DNA of 19,623 nucleotides from Bdellovibrionota bacterium (GCA_044345055.1 JBIJBT010000052.1:1-19623), one strand, 5' to 3'; shown: positions 1 through 10,147, counted from the first letter of the stretch. Notes: a model not told the origin generated them from the sequence alone. Numbers and translations are program-made.

Positions 1-303
1 AACAAAAGATAGGTTTTTTAATCCGCAGGAATGAGCAAAACTTTCCCCTCGCGCTAGCGGCTCCACCTCCGGATCGCATCCAATAAAGGTTGTTTCAGGA
101 TATTCACAAGCAAGCGGAATCAGATGCACTCCTGTCCCGCAGCCTACTGACAACACCCTACGCCACGCTTCACTTTGCGGAGCTCCTAGAAGCGAGCAGA
201 TCGCTCTTAAGTGTTCAAGATGCCAAACACGCCGCACCTTTGCTTCGTATGGAGTTGTGGTGTACGACATATATGGATGCTGATAGCGATTCAGTCAGTA
301 ATA

Positions 304-349
304 TAGTTGGCCCTGAAAAATCCATGGATGGGTTTTTCAGGGCCAACTA
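304..349. terminator. Long hairpin downstream of the ALDH gene, probable terminator or 3' stabilising stem
   Basis: Perfect 17-bp inverted repeat TAGTTGGCCCTGAAAAA (304-320) / TTTTTCAGGGCCAACTA (333-349), 30 bp past the ALDH stop. There is no strong U-tract. Confidence 0.6.
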
Positions 350-379
350 ATTAAAACATCGGCAAGATGCGGGCCCCTC

Positions 380-1912
380 TTACTCTCCATCAAAAACAAT
401 CCCCTGAGCAAGATGCCCTTTTGTGCCGAAATTTATAGTATTTGTCTGACGGCGCATATATTGCTTCCACGAATCTGATCCCGATTCCCTACCACCGCCT
501 GTCTCTTTTTCACCACCAAAAGCTCCTCCAATCTCAGCACCCGATGTGCCAAGATTTACATTTGCAATACCACAATCGCTTCCCGTTACCGAGAGAAATT
601 GCTCTGTGTATCGCATTGAGGATGTGAAGAGTGCAGAGCTTAGACCTTGTGGCACATCATTCTGGAATTTAACCGCTTCTTCAAAATCATCAACCGGACA
701 AAGATAGAGGATTGGAGCAAAAGTCTCCTCTCTCATTATCGGAATTGGGCGATCGACTCGAAGAATCGTCGGCTGCACGTAAAGCGAAGAGGGCATATTC
801 GACAATCGATTGCCACCAATTATTAAAGTTGCGCCCTGATCCTGTGCAATCGCGACAGCTTTTTCAAATTGTCGCACTGCATTCTCATTTATAATTGGTC
901 CCATCAAGATTGAGCTATTTCTAGGGTCCCCTACCTGAACCTTTTGATATTCATCAACGAGGCGGCGCTGTAACTCATCTATAATCGAACGCTCAACAAA
1001 AAGCCGCCGCATCGTTGTGCATCGTTGCCCGGCAGTACCCACCGCACTAAAGAGAATAGACCTTACTGCCAATGAAATATCTGCATCTGCCAACACTATT
1101 GCTGCATTATTTCCGCCGAGCTCAAGCAATGTTCTTCCGAGCCGTCGCCCCACCGTTTCCGCAACCGAACGCCCCATTGCTACAGATCCCGTTGCGCTCA
1201 CCAGTGCAATTCGTGGATCAGAAGCAAGGCGAGCACCAAATCTTCCGTCATTATCAGAAACAAGCGAAAAAAGACCGCCGCATCCCCATCGACGAGCAAC
1301 TTCGTCACACAATTCTGTCATCGCAATTGCTGTGGAAAGCCCACGTTCAGATGGTTTCCAAACGATACAGTTTCCGCACACCGCAGCTACGAATGCGTTC
1401 CAAGCCCATACCGCGGCTGGAAAATTAAAAGCGGTAATAACGCCTACTACTCCAAGAGGATGCCACTGTTCGAACATCCGATGCTCACGTCGCTCTGAGT
1501 GCATCGTACGCCCATATAGTTGACGAGAAAGCCCCATCGCAAAATCAGCGATATCTATCGCCTCTTGAATCTCTCCCTCACCCTCAGAGCTAATTTTTCC
1601 AACCTCACTGGTTATCAATAATCCAAGCTCTCGCTTCCGACTGCGCAGCTTTTCCGCTATTTCGCGAATAAGCTGCCCTCGATCAGGGGCGGGAACTTCG
1701 CGCCAATCGAGAAATGTTGTACAGGCTCCCTCTACTGTTCGCTCATACTGCTCATCGCTCGCAAGAGAAATATCAGCTAGCTTAACTCCATCAATCGGCG
1801 AGATTGAATGGTATATACCACCAGCACCCGCCTCTCTTCCCAACCTGCTCCAAAGGCCATCTTTTGTATTCATGTCAGTTACTGTATCAACCGAACAACC
1901 TTTAAAACTCAT
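380..1912 (-). CDS. Aldehyde dehydrogenase, ALDH7 / piperideine-6-carboxylate (alpha-aminoadipic semialdehyde) dehydrogenase-like
   Basis: Motifs ITAFNFP, WKPSE, SATGS, LELGGNNA (catalytic Glu), GQRCTT (catalytic Cys), EETFAP, and the family-7 tail GAEIGGAFGGEKETGGGRESGSDSWKQY. Confidence 0.93.
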   Translation of the reverse strand: MSFKGCSVDTVTDMNTKDGLWSRLGREAGAGGIYHSISPIDGVKLADISLASDEQYERTVEGACTTFLDWREVPAPDRGQLIREIAEKLRSRKRELGLLITSEVGKISSEGEGEIQEAIDIADFAMGLSRQLYGRTMHSERREHRMFEQWHPLGVVGVITAFNFPAAVWAWNAFVAAVCGNCIVWKPSERGLSTAIAMTELCDEVARRWGCGGLFSLVSDNDGRFGARLASDPRIALVSATGSVAMGRSVAETVGRRLGRTLLELGGNNAAIVLADADISLAVRSILFSAVGTAGQRCTTMRRLFVERSIIDELQRRLVDEYQKVQVGDPRNSSILMGPIINENAVRQFEKAVAIAQDQGATLIIGGNRLSNMPSSLYVQPTILRVDRPIPIMREETFAPILYLCPVDDFEEAVKFQNDVPQGLSSALFTSSMRYTEQFLSVTGSDCGIANVNLGTSGAEIGGAFGGEKETGGGRESGSDSWKQYMRRQTNTINFGTKGHLAQGIVFDGE

Positions 1913-1951
1913 CCAAAAACTTCAACGTTTATCATTTGATAAAAAACTCTG

Positions 1952-2959
1952 CTAACGCTGAATTGATGAGAGATAATCATCCACATCCTGTGTCCCACCA
2001 ACAATTAATCCACTCCGTTGATGAATTGACTCCGGGACAACATCGAGGATTCGGTCTGTTCCATCGACCGCTCTTCCGCCGGCTTGCTCCATGATAAATG
2101 CAAGGGGAATGCATTCGTAAAGCAATCGCAATCTTCCTTGCGGATGTTTGGAACTTCTCGGATAGAGGAATATCCCACCTCGGCGTAATGTTCTATCAAA
2201 ATCAGCAACAAGCGATCCTACATATCGACCAGTATAGGGAAGATTATTTGCTCTATTATCCTGCTTCAGCGATTGAACAAAAGCGCGGGTCGGCTCATCC
2301 CAGTAGGCCCAATTCCCCTCATTAACACTTAAGATTGATCCACGTTGCGGAACGCTCATCTGCTCCTGAGCGAGAATGAATTCTCCGATGCCCGGATCAA
2401 GGGTAAAATCGTGGACTCCATCTCCAGCGCTATAAACAAAGGATGTTTTTGCTCCATAGACTGAGTAACCCGCAGCAACAAGCGATGCCCCAGCCTGCAG
2501 AAAATCTTGTGGGCCTGCTCTTCGATGCTCTTTTTTCCGTCTAAATATCGCAAAAATTGTTCCTACTGGAATGTTAGACCCAATATTGCTCGACCCATCC
2601 AGTGGATCGAAAGCAACAACATACTTTGCCTCATCGCTCCACTCACTCGTTACCTCAGCATCGTTTCGCTCTTCGGACACAATTGAGCCAAAATGTCCGG
2701 ATGATTGCAGAATATCGAATAGAACTTTATCCGCCTCGTCATCTAAAATCGAAATCCTGTCGCTACTAGAGTTGATTCGAGTGCTATAACCGTGCACACC
2801 CCGAATACCAGCTGTAGCAACCATTTGCCCGATAATCTTCACCGCTAATCCGATCGACGCGAGCAGCTGCGTTAGTTCACCAGTTGTTTCAGGATTTGCC
2901 CGTTCACGCTCCCGAAGAAAGCGCTGCAATGTCCAGGTTGGAATCATAAACTTTTCCAT
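1952..2959 (-). CDS. fbp: Class 1 fructose-1,6-bisphosphatase
   Basis: Motifs SEE, FDPLDGSSN, VGTIF, RYVGSLVAD, GRLRLLYE; typical length of 335 aa. Confidence 0.95.
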   Translation of the reverse strand: MEKFMIPTWTLQRFLRERERANPETTGELTQLLASIGLAVKIIGQMVATAGIRGVHGYSTRINSSSDRISILDDEADKVLFDILQSSGHFGSIVSEERNDAEVTSEWSDEAKYVVAFDPLDGSSNIGSNIPVGTIFAIFRRKKEHRRAGPQDFLQAGASLVAAGYSVYGAKTSFVYSAGDGVHDFTLDPGIGEFILAQEQMSVPQRGSILSVNEGNWAYWDEPTRAFVQSLKQDNRANNLPYTGRYVGSLVADFDRTLRRGGIFLYPRSSKHPQGRLRLLYECIPLAFIMEQAGGRAVDGTDRILDVVPESIHQRSGLIVGGTQDVDDYLSSIQR

Positions 2960-3143
2960 GGTAAACCCCTTATTGATTGCTCATCGCAGTTGCAGCCGAG
3001 CTTTGCAGTTTGTAGCCGCATGAAGTGCTACACAATTTGTTCAACAACACCAAGCATAGATTCGAACAGCCCATAGTATTTCTGTTCGTTAAATACTGAA
3101 CCTCGCAAAACCGATGAAACAATCGCTTCTATTTTTCTAGAGA

Positions 3144-5381
3144 CTAAACAGATTCCTCACCAACACCTTGACTGCCGAAAGACCTTTGAGTAACGGCTAC
3201 ATGCTGCTGCACCGGCAGCTCTATCACAAATTTTGCGCCGCGCGGCGCGTTATCCGCAACACTTACTCTGCCATGATGATCGGAAACGGCTGAACTCACT
3301 ATCGCTAATCCCAAACCGGTCCCTCCCTTTTTTGTGGTATAATAAGGATTGAATATCCGAGTTTTATCTCCTTGAGCGATTCCCGGTCCATTATCTGCAA
3401 CTTCGATAAAACAAACTTGCCGCCGTTTTTCAAAACGGGTTCTGATAATTATTTTTGGACTTTTCGAATCTGCATCGCGAAGCGCAGCGACAGCATTATC
3501 TATTAAATTAATAAGAATACGGCGAACCTGCTCCGGGTCGCAGATGACTCGGGGCAATTTACTGTCGGGAATAAATTGAAGAGTTATCGCTGGCGAGTCA
3601 TCGGTATAACCCATCACAACATCCGCCAAGACCTGATTCAGATCAGCCTCTCGAAACTCGGCAGCGGGCATGCGGGCAAAATTAGAAAACTCATTCGCGA
3701 GTCTCTTAATTGAATCAACATGCTCTACAATGGTCAAGGTAAGATCTCGCACCAATTCGTCTAACTCAGAATCGGCAAAGAGTCGCTGAAGTCGTTGTGC
3801 GGAGAGTTGCAGCGGAGTAAGAGGATTTTTTATTTCGTGCGCGATCCGACGTGCTACCTCCCGCCATGCAAGAGTAGACTGAGCAATTGACAGCTCAGTT
3901 ACATCATCCAGCAAAACTACCATCGCCTCACGAGCGCCGTGATCTGTGGTAATTTTACCAACAGTGCAAACAATTCGAAGCTCACGTTCGCCAGCTTGCA
4001 TGATCAACTCATTATCAACTGATATCCGATCGGAGCTTCGTTCAACCATTGACAACATCCCACCCACTACTGGAATCAACCGCTCTTCGAGAAGACTCTC
4101 AATAGTTTCTCCCTCCGATATAGCTCGCCCAAAAATTCGCTCCGCACAGCTATTACGAAGAATAACGCGATGCTCTGAATCGAGTACAAGAACCCCAACC
4201 GCAAGATTCGATACTATTGTCTCGGTCAGCAGCCATCGCCGCTCTGCTTCATCACGAGAACTCCTGAGATCAAACATCATGGTGTTGAAAGAACGGACCA
4301 GATATCCCAGTTCGTCATCGCCAGATCCAGTTAGCAATGTTTCGTAATCGCCCCGTGCAACCCGTTGCATCCCCTGACCAAGCCCCTCTATCGGGGAAAC
4401 AAGCTGTTTCGATATGTAAAACGCGAGCCAAAAAGCTGCAAATAGAATCATTCCTGTGATGAGACTAAAAGTGAGTCCGTGACTTGATCGAAGGGGTGTG
4501 CGCATCAGTTTTAACTGCTCGTACGATCGATAAGAATCGTTAAGAGTAGCGAAAGCCTCTGCGATTTCGGGGCTCAATCGATTCGAAACAACAAGAACTC
4601 CGGCCCCACCCATCGGCAATGTGACCGGTCCATACGTTCGAGCAAACTTACTCCCCTTGTTCTCCTCAAACAGATTAACAACCTCGCCCTTACGAGCAGC
4701 TGCAACTGCTCCTTCATCGAGTGAAGGCTCCTCAAATAGCTCAAGACCAGCCGCCGCGTTGGAAACCTCTATCGTTTTGTGTGGTAATCCAACAACCTTG
4801 AGGCTGAACAAACCAAACTCTTGCCGCAATCGATCGAGCCGCCTTTCAAGAGCTGCAGGCTGCTGTAATTTTGCACTGTGGACCTTCAGATTTCCGACGA
4901 TTTCACGAAAATCACGCTCAGTAACCCGCCGCTGAAGACGATAGTGATTTTGAATTATGGAAAGCGCTGCCTGTTTTGAACCATCCATCTGAGCGCTGAA
5001 CCATCCGTCCATCGCCCGATTGAGAAAATCGTTGGCAAGCCAAAAAATCAGACAAACTGGAATAAGAGTAAGACCAACAAAGGCGGCAAGAAGTCGCGTT
5101 CTCAGCCGTGATCCAAGAAGATTTCGCTTGCGATCAAAAAGGAGCTTTACGCAGCTTCTTCCGACAAGAAAAACAAGGAGTGTAAGAAGGAGGATGTTGA
5201 CATTTATCAGAAGAAAAACGAAAAGCCCGCCCCCAACTCCGGCATACTCTCCCACAGAGGATCGCCGAACCCAAGTGGCCACAACAGCCGAGATGAGGAA
5301 ACACATGACCACAAGAAATCGACTGCGGCGTCTGAAGAGCTCCTCGAGCACCCCAAAAAATCTCCCCCATCGCACCGTCAC
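3144..5381 (-). CDS. NtrY-like membrane sensor histidine kinase (TM, HAMP, PAS, HisKA, HATPase)
   Basis: N-terminal TM helices and GSRLRTRL; HAMP (GDDELGYLVRSFNTM); H-box WREVARRIAHEIKNPLTPLQLSAQRL; N-box NLIDNA; DNGPG; GTGLGL. Confidence 0.9.
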   Translation of the reverse strand: MTVRWGRFFGVLEELFRRRSRFLVVMCFLISAVVATWVRRSSVGEYAGVGGGLFVFLLINVNILLLTLLVFLVGRSCVKLLFDRKRNLLGSRLRTRLLAAFVGLTLIPVCLIFWLANDFLNRAMDGWFSAQMDGSKQAALSIIQNHYRLQRRVTERDFREIVGNLKVHSAKLQQPAALERRLDRLRQEFGLFSLKVVGLPHKTIEVSNAAAGLELFEEPSLDEGAVAAARKGEVVNLFEENKGSKFARTYGPVTLPMGGAGVLVVSNRLSPEIAEAFATLNDSYRSYEQLKLMRTPLRSSHGLTFSLITGMILFAAFWLAFYISKQLVSPIEGLGQGMQRVARGDYETLLTGSGDDELGYLVRSFNTMMFDLRSSRDEAERRWLLTETIVSNLAVGVLVLDSEHRVILRNSCAERIFGRAISEGETIESLLEERLIPVVGGMLSMVERSSDRISVDNELIMQAGERELRIVCTVGKITTDHGAREAMVVLLDDVTELSIAQSTLAWREVARRIAHEIKNPLTPLQLSAQRLQRLFADSELDELVRDLTLTIVEHVDSIKRLANEFSNFARMPAAEFREADLNQVLADVVMGYTDDSPAITLQFIPDSKLPRVICDPEQVRRILINLIDNAVAALRDADSKSPKIIIRTRFEKRRQVCFIEVADNGPGIAQGDKTRIFNPYYTTKKGGTGLGLAIVSSAVSDHHGRVSVADNAPRGAKFVIELPVQQHVAVTQRSFGSQGVGEESV

Positions 5382-5383
5382 CC

Positions 5384-5956
5384 TCAGCCTCTCTTAAATT
5401 GATCAATCCCTTCCTGAAACTTTTTTTCCTTCCAACCCGAATCAAAGTGATCGGGCTTCACGAGCCCAAAAGTGAGCCCCTCGGTGACACGATCGAGGAT
5501 TTGATCACGTTCCTCTTTGCACCGCGTGGATGCTCGAGCCCGAGCATAGCGACGATCACCCGCTTCGAGTCGCTCATCACCATCAGCCAAAAATCTATAA
5601 TCGGCAGGATGACTGACACTAGCCTCAGCCAATCCATCCTCTGCCGACATGAAACGGGTCGCCCAAGGTTTTTCCTTATCACCGATGATATCTCGCCAAA
5701 CGATATATACATCGCTAACCGGTTCATACCGCAGTGTTGTTATCTGCTCCTTAACACCGCCACACGAGTCAAACCAGAACGACCTTTTGCGACAAGTTTC
5801 AACCTCAAAACGGTACTCAAGCTCGAGCCCCGCATCTATACAGCGAAGCATAGATTCGTCACGACCCTGGACCGCCACCCGCATCGCGTGTTCATTCATC
5901 TGAATTACAAGATGGGGAGCAACAGCCAGCATCGCGGATATGAGAGGAGGAGCCAT
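5384..5956 (-). CDS. DUF4390-like exported protein
   Basis: Ends 2 bp before the NtrY-like kinase, the usual position of DUF4390 genes. GGAG lies upstream of the ATG. The pattern 'GLELEYRFEV...RSFWFD...LRYEPVSDVY...FDSGW' resembles that family. The family call is an inference. Confidence 0.6.
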   Translation of the reverse strand: MAPPLISAMLAVAPHLVIQMNEHAMRVAVQGRDESMLRCIDAGLELEYRFEVETCRKRSFWFDSCGGVKEQITTLRYEPVSDVYIVWRDIIGDKEKPWATRFMSAEDGLAEASVSHPADYRFLADGDERLEAGDRRYARARASTRCKEERDQILDRVTEGLTFGLVKPDHFDSGWKEKKFQEGIDQFKRG

Positions 5957-6075
5957 AGAGTAATATCTCCAATTTTTTTATTCTTAAGAAAAACCGAATA
6001 CACAAGAAACTAAGTAAAAGGGAGGAATCTAGCAAAAAGGGAGCAACGGTGAACCTTTCACAACTTCACTTTGTC

Positions 6076-7194
6076 CTACTTATCTCCCTCATCGTCGAGC
6101 TCTTTTTTCATAACATCAAAGAGATCGTCCTCGGGGTTACTCGAAAAGTTTTGACTACGCGGCGGTTGCTTTTTTCCAAGATGCCGATACCCAAGCTCCG
6201 TAACCTCCCGCCCCCTCCGGGTGCGGGCAATGTACCCCTCCTGAACCAAATAAGGCTCGTAGACATCTTCTAGCGTTTCGCGATCTTCACCCAGCGCGGC
6301 AGCGATCGATTCAAGCCCAACGGGGCCTCCTCCATACCGATCGATGACCATTCCTAGGATAGCCCGATCCATAGCATCAAGCCCCGCGCGATCTACCGAA
6401 AGCCGTTCCATCGCATACGCTACTATCTCTCGGGATATGGTGCCATCACCACATTCCTGAGCATAATCTCTAGCCCGCTTGAGGAGACGGTTTGCTATTC
6501 GAGGCGTCCCCCGAGCTCGACGACCAAGCTCAATCGCCGCATCTTCATCTATTGGCACCTTAAGCAGTGCCGCCGAATTTCGCACTATCGCAGCTAATTC
6601 ATCGCTTTTATAAAAATTCAGCCGAAATGCCATTCCAAAACGGTCTCGCAGGGGAGAAGTGAGCAATCCCGTACGAGTTGTGGCAGCTACGAGAGTGAAT
6701 GGTTTGAGGTCGACCTTGACCGACCGTGCTGCTGGTCCCTGCCCTATGACGATATCAAGCTGAAAATCCTCCATCGCAGGATAGAGCACCTCTTCAATCA
6801 TTCGAGGGATGCGATGAATCTCATCGATAAAAAGAACATCGTGCGGTTCAAGAGCAGTCAAGATTGCGGCGAGATCTCCTGCTCGCTCGATAACGGGACC
6901 AGAGGTCGATTTAAATCCTACTCCTAACTCCGCAGCGAGGATGCGGGCTAGCGATGTTTTCCCAAGTCCCGGAGGTCCATGCAGCAAAACATGATCAAGC
7001 GGCTCAGACCGGCGGCGCGCCGCATGACAAGCAATAAGAAGGTTTTCTGTAACTTCCCGCTGCCCGATATATTGATTGAATCCAGAGGGACGGAGCGAAA
7101 CAAGGAGCGGCTCATCGGTTGAGGGGGCACCACGTAGTGTGGACCAAACCTCAACCCCATCTTCATCATCTCCGTCAATGACACCTCGCTTCAT
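6076..7194 (-). CDS. ruvB: Holliday junction branch migration ATPase RuvB
   Basis: LRP..F..YIGQ, Walker A GPPGLGKT, Walker [35 protein letters not shown]. The start is placed at ATG 7194 because AGGAGG precedes it; the ORF track starts at 7251. Confidence 0.97.
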   Translation of the reverse strand: MKRGVIDGDDEDGVEVWSTLRGAPSTDEPLLVSLRPSGFNQYIGQREVTENLLIACHAARRRSEPLDHVLLHGPPGLGKTSLARILAAELGVGFKSTSGPVIERAGDLAAILTALEPHDVLFIDEIHRIPRMIEEVLYPAMEDFQLDIVIGQGPAARSVKVDLKPFTLVAATTRTGLLTSPLRDRFGMAFRLNFYKSDELAAIVRNSAALLKVPIDEDAAIELGRRARGTPRIANRLLKRARDYAQECGDGTISREIVAYAMERLSVDRAGLDAMDRAILGMVIDRYGGGPVGLESIAAALGEDRETLEDVYEPYLVQEGYIARTRRGREVTELGYRHLGKKQPPRSQNFSSNPEDDLFDVMKKELDDEGDK

Positions 7195-7268
7195 GTTTCT
7201 TGGCCCTCCTGCCCGAATCAATAACCGCTCCGAGCAGCACGTTTCCCTCATTTAAAATGGCGCACCTA

Positions 7269-7865
7269 CTAGAAATGGCGCAACGATTCCCGAACAACAG
7301 CCCCTGAATCAAAGGGAGCAGTAAGCTGCTCGCTGACCTGGCGGACAATTCGCTCAACATCGCGCCTCGGAAATCCGAGCGCAATAAGCGCTTCGACCGC
7401 ATCATGAACAACGCCACTCTGACCAGACACCTGAGCCGGTTCGAAGGACTGCAGATCCGTAACAAATTCAGTAACCCGGTCCCGAAGTTCGAGGACTATC
7501 CGCTCGGCAGTCTTTTTCCCAATACCTCGTGTTCCTTGCAACGTCGCAACATCTTGTGAACCTATAGAGCGAAGCAGCGCAACTTTATCTATCGCTGAAA
7601 TAATATCAAGGGCCGTCTTTGGTCCCACCCCCTTTACCTTAAGGAGAAGAAGAAAGACCTGTCGCTCAAGAGAATCCGCAAAACCAAATAACCTCAACGC
7701 ATCTTCGCGCACCTCGGTGTAAACGGGAACCTTTATTCTTTCGCCAAGAACCATTTTGTCCCGAGCAGCTCGTGTACAGAGGACCTCGTATCCGACACCT
7801 CCGACATCAATCAGAACAGTGGCTCCGATCCGCTCAGCAATAACACCTACAAGAAAGGCAATCAT
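7269..7865 (-). CDS. ruvA: Holliday junction DNA-binding protein RuvA
   Basis: MIAFL.G, DVGGVGYEV, VREDALRLFGF, HhH motifs VKGVGPKTA and GIGKKTAERIVLEL, C-terminal ALIALGF. Confidence 0.96.
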   Translation of the reverse strand: MIAFLVGVIAERIGATVLIDVGGVGYEVLCTRAARDKMVLGERIKVPVYTEVREDALRLFGFADSLERQVFLLLLKVKGVGPKTALDIISAIDKVALLRSIGSQDVATLQGTRGIGKKTAERIVLELRDRVTEFVTDLQSFEPAQVSGQSGVVHDAVEALIALGFPRRDVERIVRQVSEQLTAPFDSGAVVRESLRHF

Positions 7866-8605
7866 GCTGACAACCGCCCAAGCTCACCATCATCGATGTC
7901 AAAATTAGCGTAGACATTTTGGACATCATCTAGATCATCGAGCGCATCGAGGAGCTTCAGCAGTATTTCTGCATCTTTTCCGGCCACAGGTACTGAGGTT
8001 GAAGCAACTGGGGCTAGTGCTGCCTCTGCATCCTGAACCCGACTCTGAACAGCCGCACGAACTCCATCAAAACTCTTTAGATCAGTTTGAACGACCCATC
8101 GATCACCCTCATCAACAAGATCGTCTGCCCCTGCCTCGAGAGCTAGTGCCAGTAATTCATCCTCTTCAATAGCCCCTTTCTGCACCGCAATAGAGCCTCG
8201 ATCGGTAAAGAGGTAGGCGACCGAATTGACTCCCGCCATGCTTCCCCCGTGTCGTGCGAGAATACTGCGCAGCTCACCAACAGTTCTATTGCGGTTATCC
8301 GTGAGGGTTTTTACCAAAATAGCAACGCCACCCGGCCCATACGCTTCATAAGCGACCTCTTCATAATCAGCTCCATCGAGCTGCCCGAGTCCTCGCTTAA
8401 CGGCTCTATCAATATTATCGCCAGGCACACTAACACTTCGCGCCGCCTGAACTGCGGTCCTCAACCGAGCATTTCCCTCGAGGGCTCCTCCTAGCTTCGC
8501 CGACACCTGAATTTCGCGCAGCAATCGGGTGAACAGCTTGCCCCTCTTAGCATCGGTCGCCGCTTTTTTTCGCTTTATCGTGGCCCACTTCGAATGTCCT
8601 GACAT
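7862..8605 (-). CDS. yebC: YebC/PmpR family protein
   Basis: MSGHSKWATIKRKK, YEAYGPGG, TDNRNRT, DDLDDVQNVYAN. GGAGG RBS; stop overlaps the ruvA start by 4 nt. Confidence 0.96.
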   Translation of the reverse strand: MSGHSKWATIKRKKAATDAKRGKLFTRLLREIQVSAKLGGALEGNARLRTAVQAARSVSVPGDNIDRAVKRGLGQLDGADYEEVAYEAYGPGGVAILVKTLTDNRNRTVGELRSILARHGGSMAGVNSVAYLFTDRGSIAVQKGAIEEDELLALALEAGADDLVDEGDRWVVQTDLKSFDGVRAAVQSRVQDAEAALAPVASTSVPVAGKDAEILLKLLDALDDLDDVQNVYANFDIDDGELGRLSA

Positions 8606-8710
8606 CGGTTATCCTCCGGGAATGTAACCATAAAACGTTATATTCTGACGACAATTGTGTCAACGGGAGACACGGCTTCAACACTTATCTCAAAAAAAAG
8701 AGGTGTAGAG

Positions 8711-8737
8711 GAAACTCTGAAAAGGAGCGACCGATAA
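8711..8737 (+). promoter_or_regulatory. Possible sigma-28 (FliA)-type promoter for the 8888 gene
   Basis: GAAA-N15-ACCGATAA against consensus TAAA-N15-GCCGATAA: exact spacing, one mismatch per box. Confidence 0.35.
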
Positions 8738-8887
8738 ATGATTGTTCATGTTTTTTACATGACCTCCCATCAGGTGCGGACGAACTATCACGTTAGGCGA
8801 TTTCGTTCCAATCGATCGGGAAACTGATGATTTGAGGAGAATTACTCTTCAGCCATTTATTGCTACTGTTATATTTAGGAGACCTTT

Positions 8888-9634
8888 ATGTCGCTATCAA
8901 TACAACCACAAATAGCCAAACCAGTGGCTAACTATCAGGCCCAAGGAACCACCGCCGCTAAAGCCAAAAATGTTAAGCACCCACATCGCCCCAACGGTAT
9001 TAGAAACTTACCGGCTATATTCAACCATAGGTGCCCCGAAACCGAAAACAGAGACGGCAAAACTCTAGAGTCTGTAGCACAAACTCTTCAACAGCTTTTG
9101 CAGACTGTTCTCCAGTTTATCCAATCAATAATGGGAATGGTGCAAGGTAAAGGTGGCGAGCAGCAGCCATCGGCAATATCTTCTTCACCTGCCGCACCTT
9201 CCGTAGCCACCCCGCCCTCTGTGCCCGCTACACCGTCGATTGCTGGACCCGAATCGACCGACCAGGCCAACGCGGCAGCTCCCGGTGCTGCGGCTACCGA
9301 CCCGGCAACTACGAGTAATCCTGCAACAACAGCTGATGACAAGAAATCTTCTAGAATAGAGCAGATTCTCTCGATTGTCTCCACTATTTTCGGATTCATA
9401 AATCCGGTCGCTGGTGGAATAGTCGGCATCCTTGGAAAACTCGGAGGTCTATTTAAAGGTGGGCTGGGCGACCTCTTCAAGGGTGGACTAGGGAACCTCT
9501 TCAAAGGCGGCCTAGGTGGATTATTTGATGGTGGTATCAGCAAAATGTTAGGAGATGGTATCGGCAGTCTCTTCGGTGGCAGCCTCGGAAAAGTAACAAA
9601 CTTCATTAAGAAGGGGCTTTCTATCTTTGGGTAA
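8888..9634 (+). CDS. Hypothetical Gly/Ala/Pro-rich protein with an amphipathic helix and C-terminal 8-aa Gly-Leu-Phe repeats (harpin-like composition)
   Basis: AGGAGA RBS at 8877-8882; 248-aa ORF; repeat units differ mostly at synonymous positions, which supports real coding; hairpin after the stop. Confidence 0.8.
   Translation: MSLSIQPQIAKPVANYQAQGTTAAKAKNVKHPHRPNGIRNLPAIFNHRCPETENRDGKTLESVAQTLQQLLQTVLQFIQSIMGMVQGKGGEQQPSAISSSPAAPSVATPPSVPATPSIAGPESTDQANAAAPGAAATDPATTSNPATTADDKKSSRIEQILSIVSTIFGFINPVAGGIVGILGKLGGLFKGGLGDLFKGGLGNLFKGGLGGLFDGGISKMLGDGIGSLFGGSLGKVTNFIKKGLSIFG
9440..9583 (+). repeat. Six degenerate 24-bp (8-aa) coding tandem repeats
   Basis: Units LGGLFKGG, LGDLFKGG, LGNLFKGG, LGGLFDGG, ISKMLGDG, IGSLFGGS start at 9440, 9464, 9488, 9512, 9536 and 9560. 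Confidence 0.85.
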
Positions 9635-9656
9635 ATAAGGGGAAACTTTATCACCA

Positions 9657-9694
9657 ACTAAGCACTCCTGAAGATCACCGACGGAGTGCTTAGT
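9657..9694. terminator. Hairpin after the 8888 gene
   Basis: Perfect 12-bp inverted repeat ACTAAGCACTCC / GGAGTGCTTAGT with a 14-nt spacer, 22 bp after the stop. Confidence 0.5.
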
Positions 9695-9754
9695 CCTTGA
9701 AGAGTTTATAAAAACGGGTGCTTCACCCAGTATGCAAACACGGAGATTGCATTC

Positions 9755-10147
9755 ATGAAGATAGGTATCCACCTACTCGGTATTACCCTCGTTCTCTCGG
9801 GATGCTTTGGAGTTAGTGTTAGCGATCCAGTCAGAGATCGCCGCAATTTTACAATTTCTATCAAACCCGATCGGAACGATTCAGAGCTAATTGTTGCAGC
9901 CACCGTGGAGAACAGCTCCTCAACTTACCCTCTGGACCTTCCTAACGCTCGAATCACCTATATTGCCGCAAACACAACCGAGCTACCTCCCTTACGAGTT
10001 GATGGAGGTTGTTTCGATAGATTATTAATGCCCGGCAATGCTTGTTCGTTTAATGTTCGGTATGAGGTAGTAGGTCCACGCCAATTCCCTGCAACGTGGG
10101 AATTCAGTATCGATGGGGAAGCTGTACAATTTACAATCGACGATTAA
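9755..10147 (+). CDS. Putative lipoprotein with a small beta-sandwich (Ig-like) domain
   Basis: Signal peptide MKIGIHLLGITLV followed by lipobox LSGC. Beta-rich mature part with a C..L.PG..CSF.V.Y pattern. GGAG upstream. Confidence 0.7.
   Translation: MKIGIHLLGITLVLSGCFGVSVSDPVRDRRNFTISIKPDRNDSELIVAATVENSSSTYPLDLPNARITYIAANTTELPPLRVDGGCFDRLLMPGNACSFNVRYEVVGPRQFPATWEFSIDGEAVQFTIDD

Noticed and set aside
90..350. 86-aa ORF on +
   Set aside because: TTG start, no recognisable motif, and its 3' end runs through the 304-349 hairpin. It cannot be supported as a gene.
5399..6013. 204-aa ORF on + opposite the DUF4390-like gene
   Set aside because: No motif. The - strand ORF fits the operon direction, has an RBS and abuts the kinase gene.
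9440..9583. CRISPR-like periodic repeat
   Set aside because: The units are contiguous, in-frame and synonymously diverged, with no spacers and no cas genes.
9659..9692. CIRCE-like operator (TAAGCACTC...GAGTGCTTA)
   Set aside because: Each half matches TTAGCACTC/GAGTGCTAA at 8/9, but the spacer is 16 nt rather than 9 and no chaperone gene follows. A post-gene hairpin is the simpler reading. The 14-nt spacer also rules out a lox-type site.
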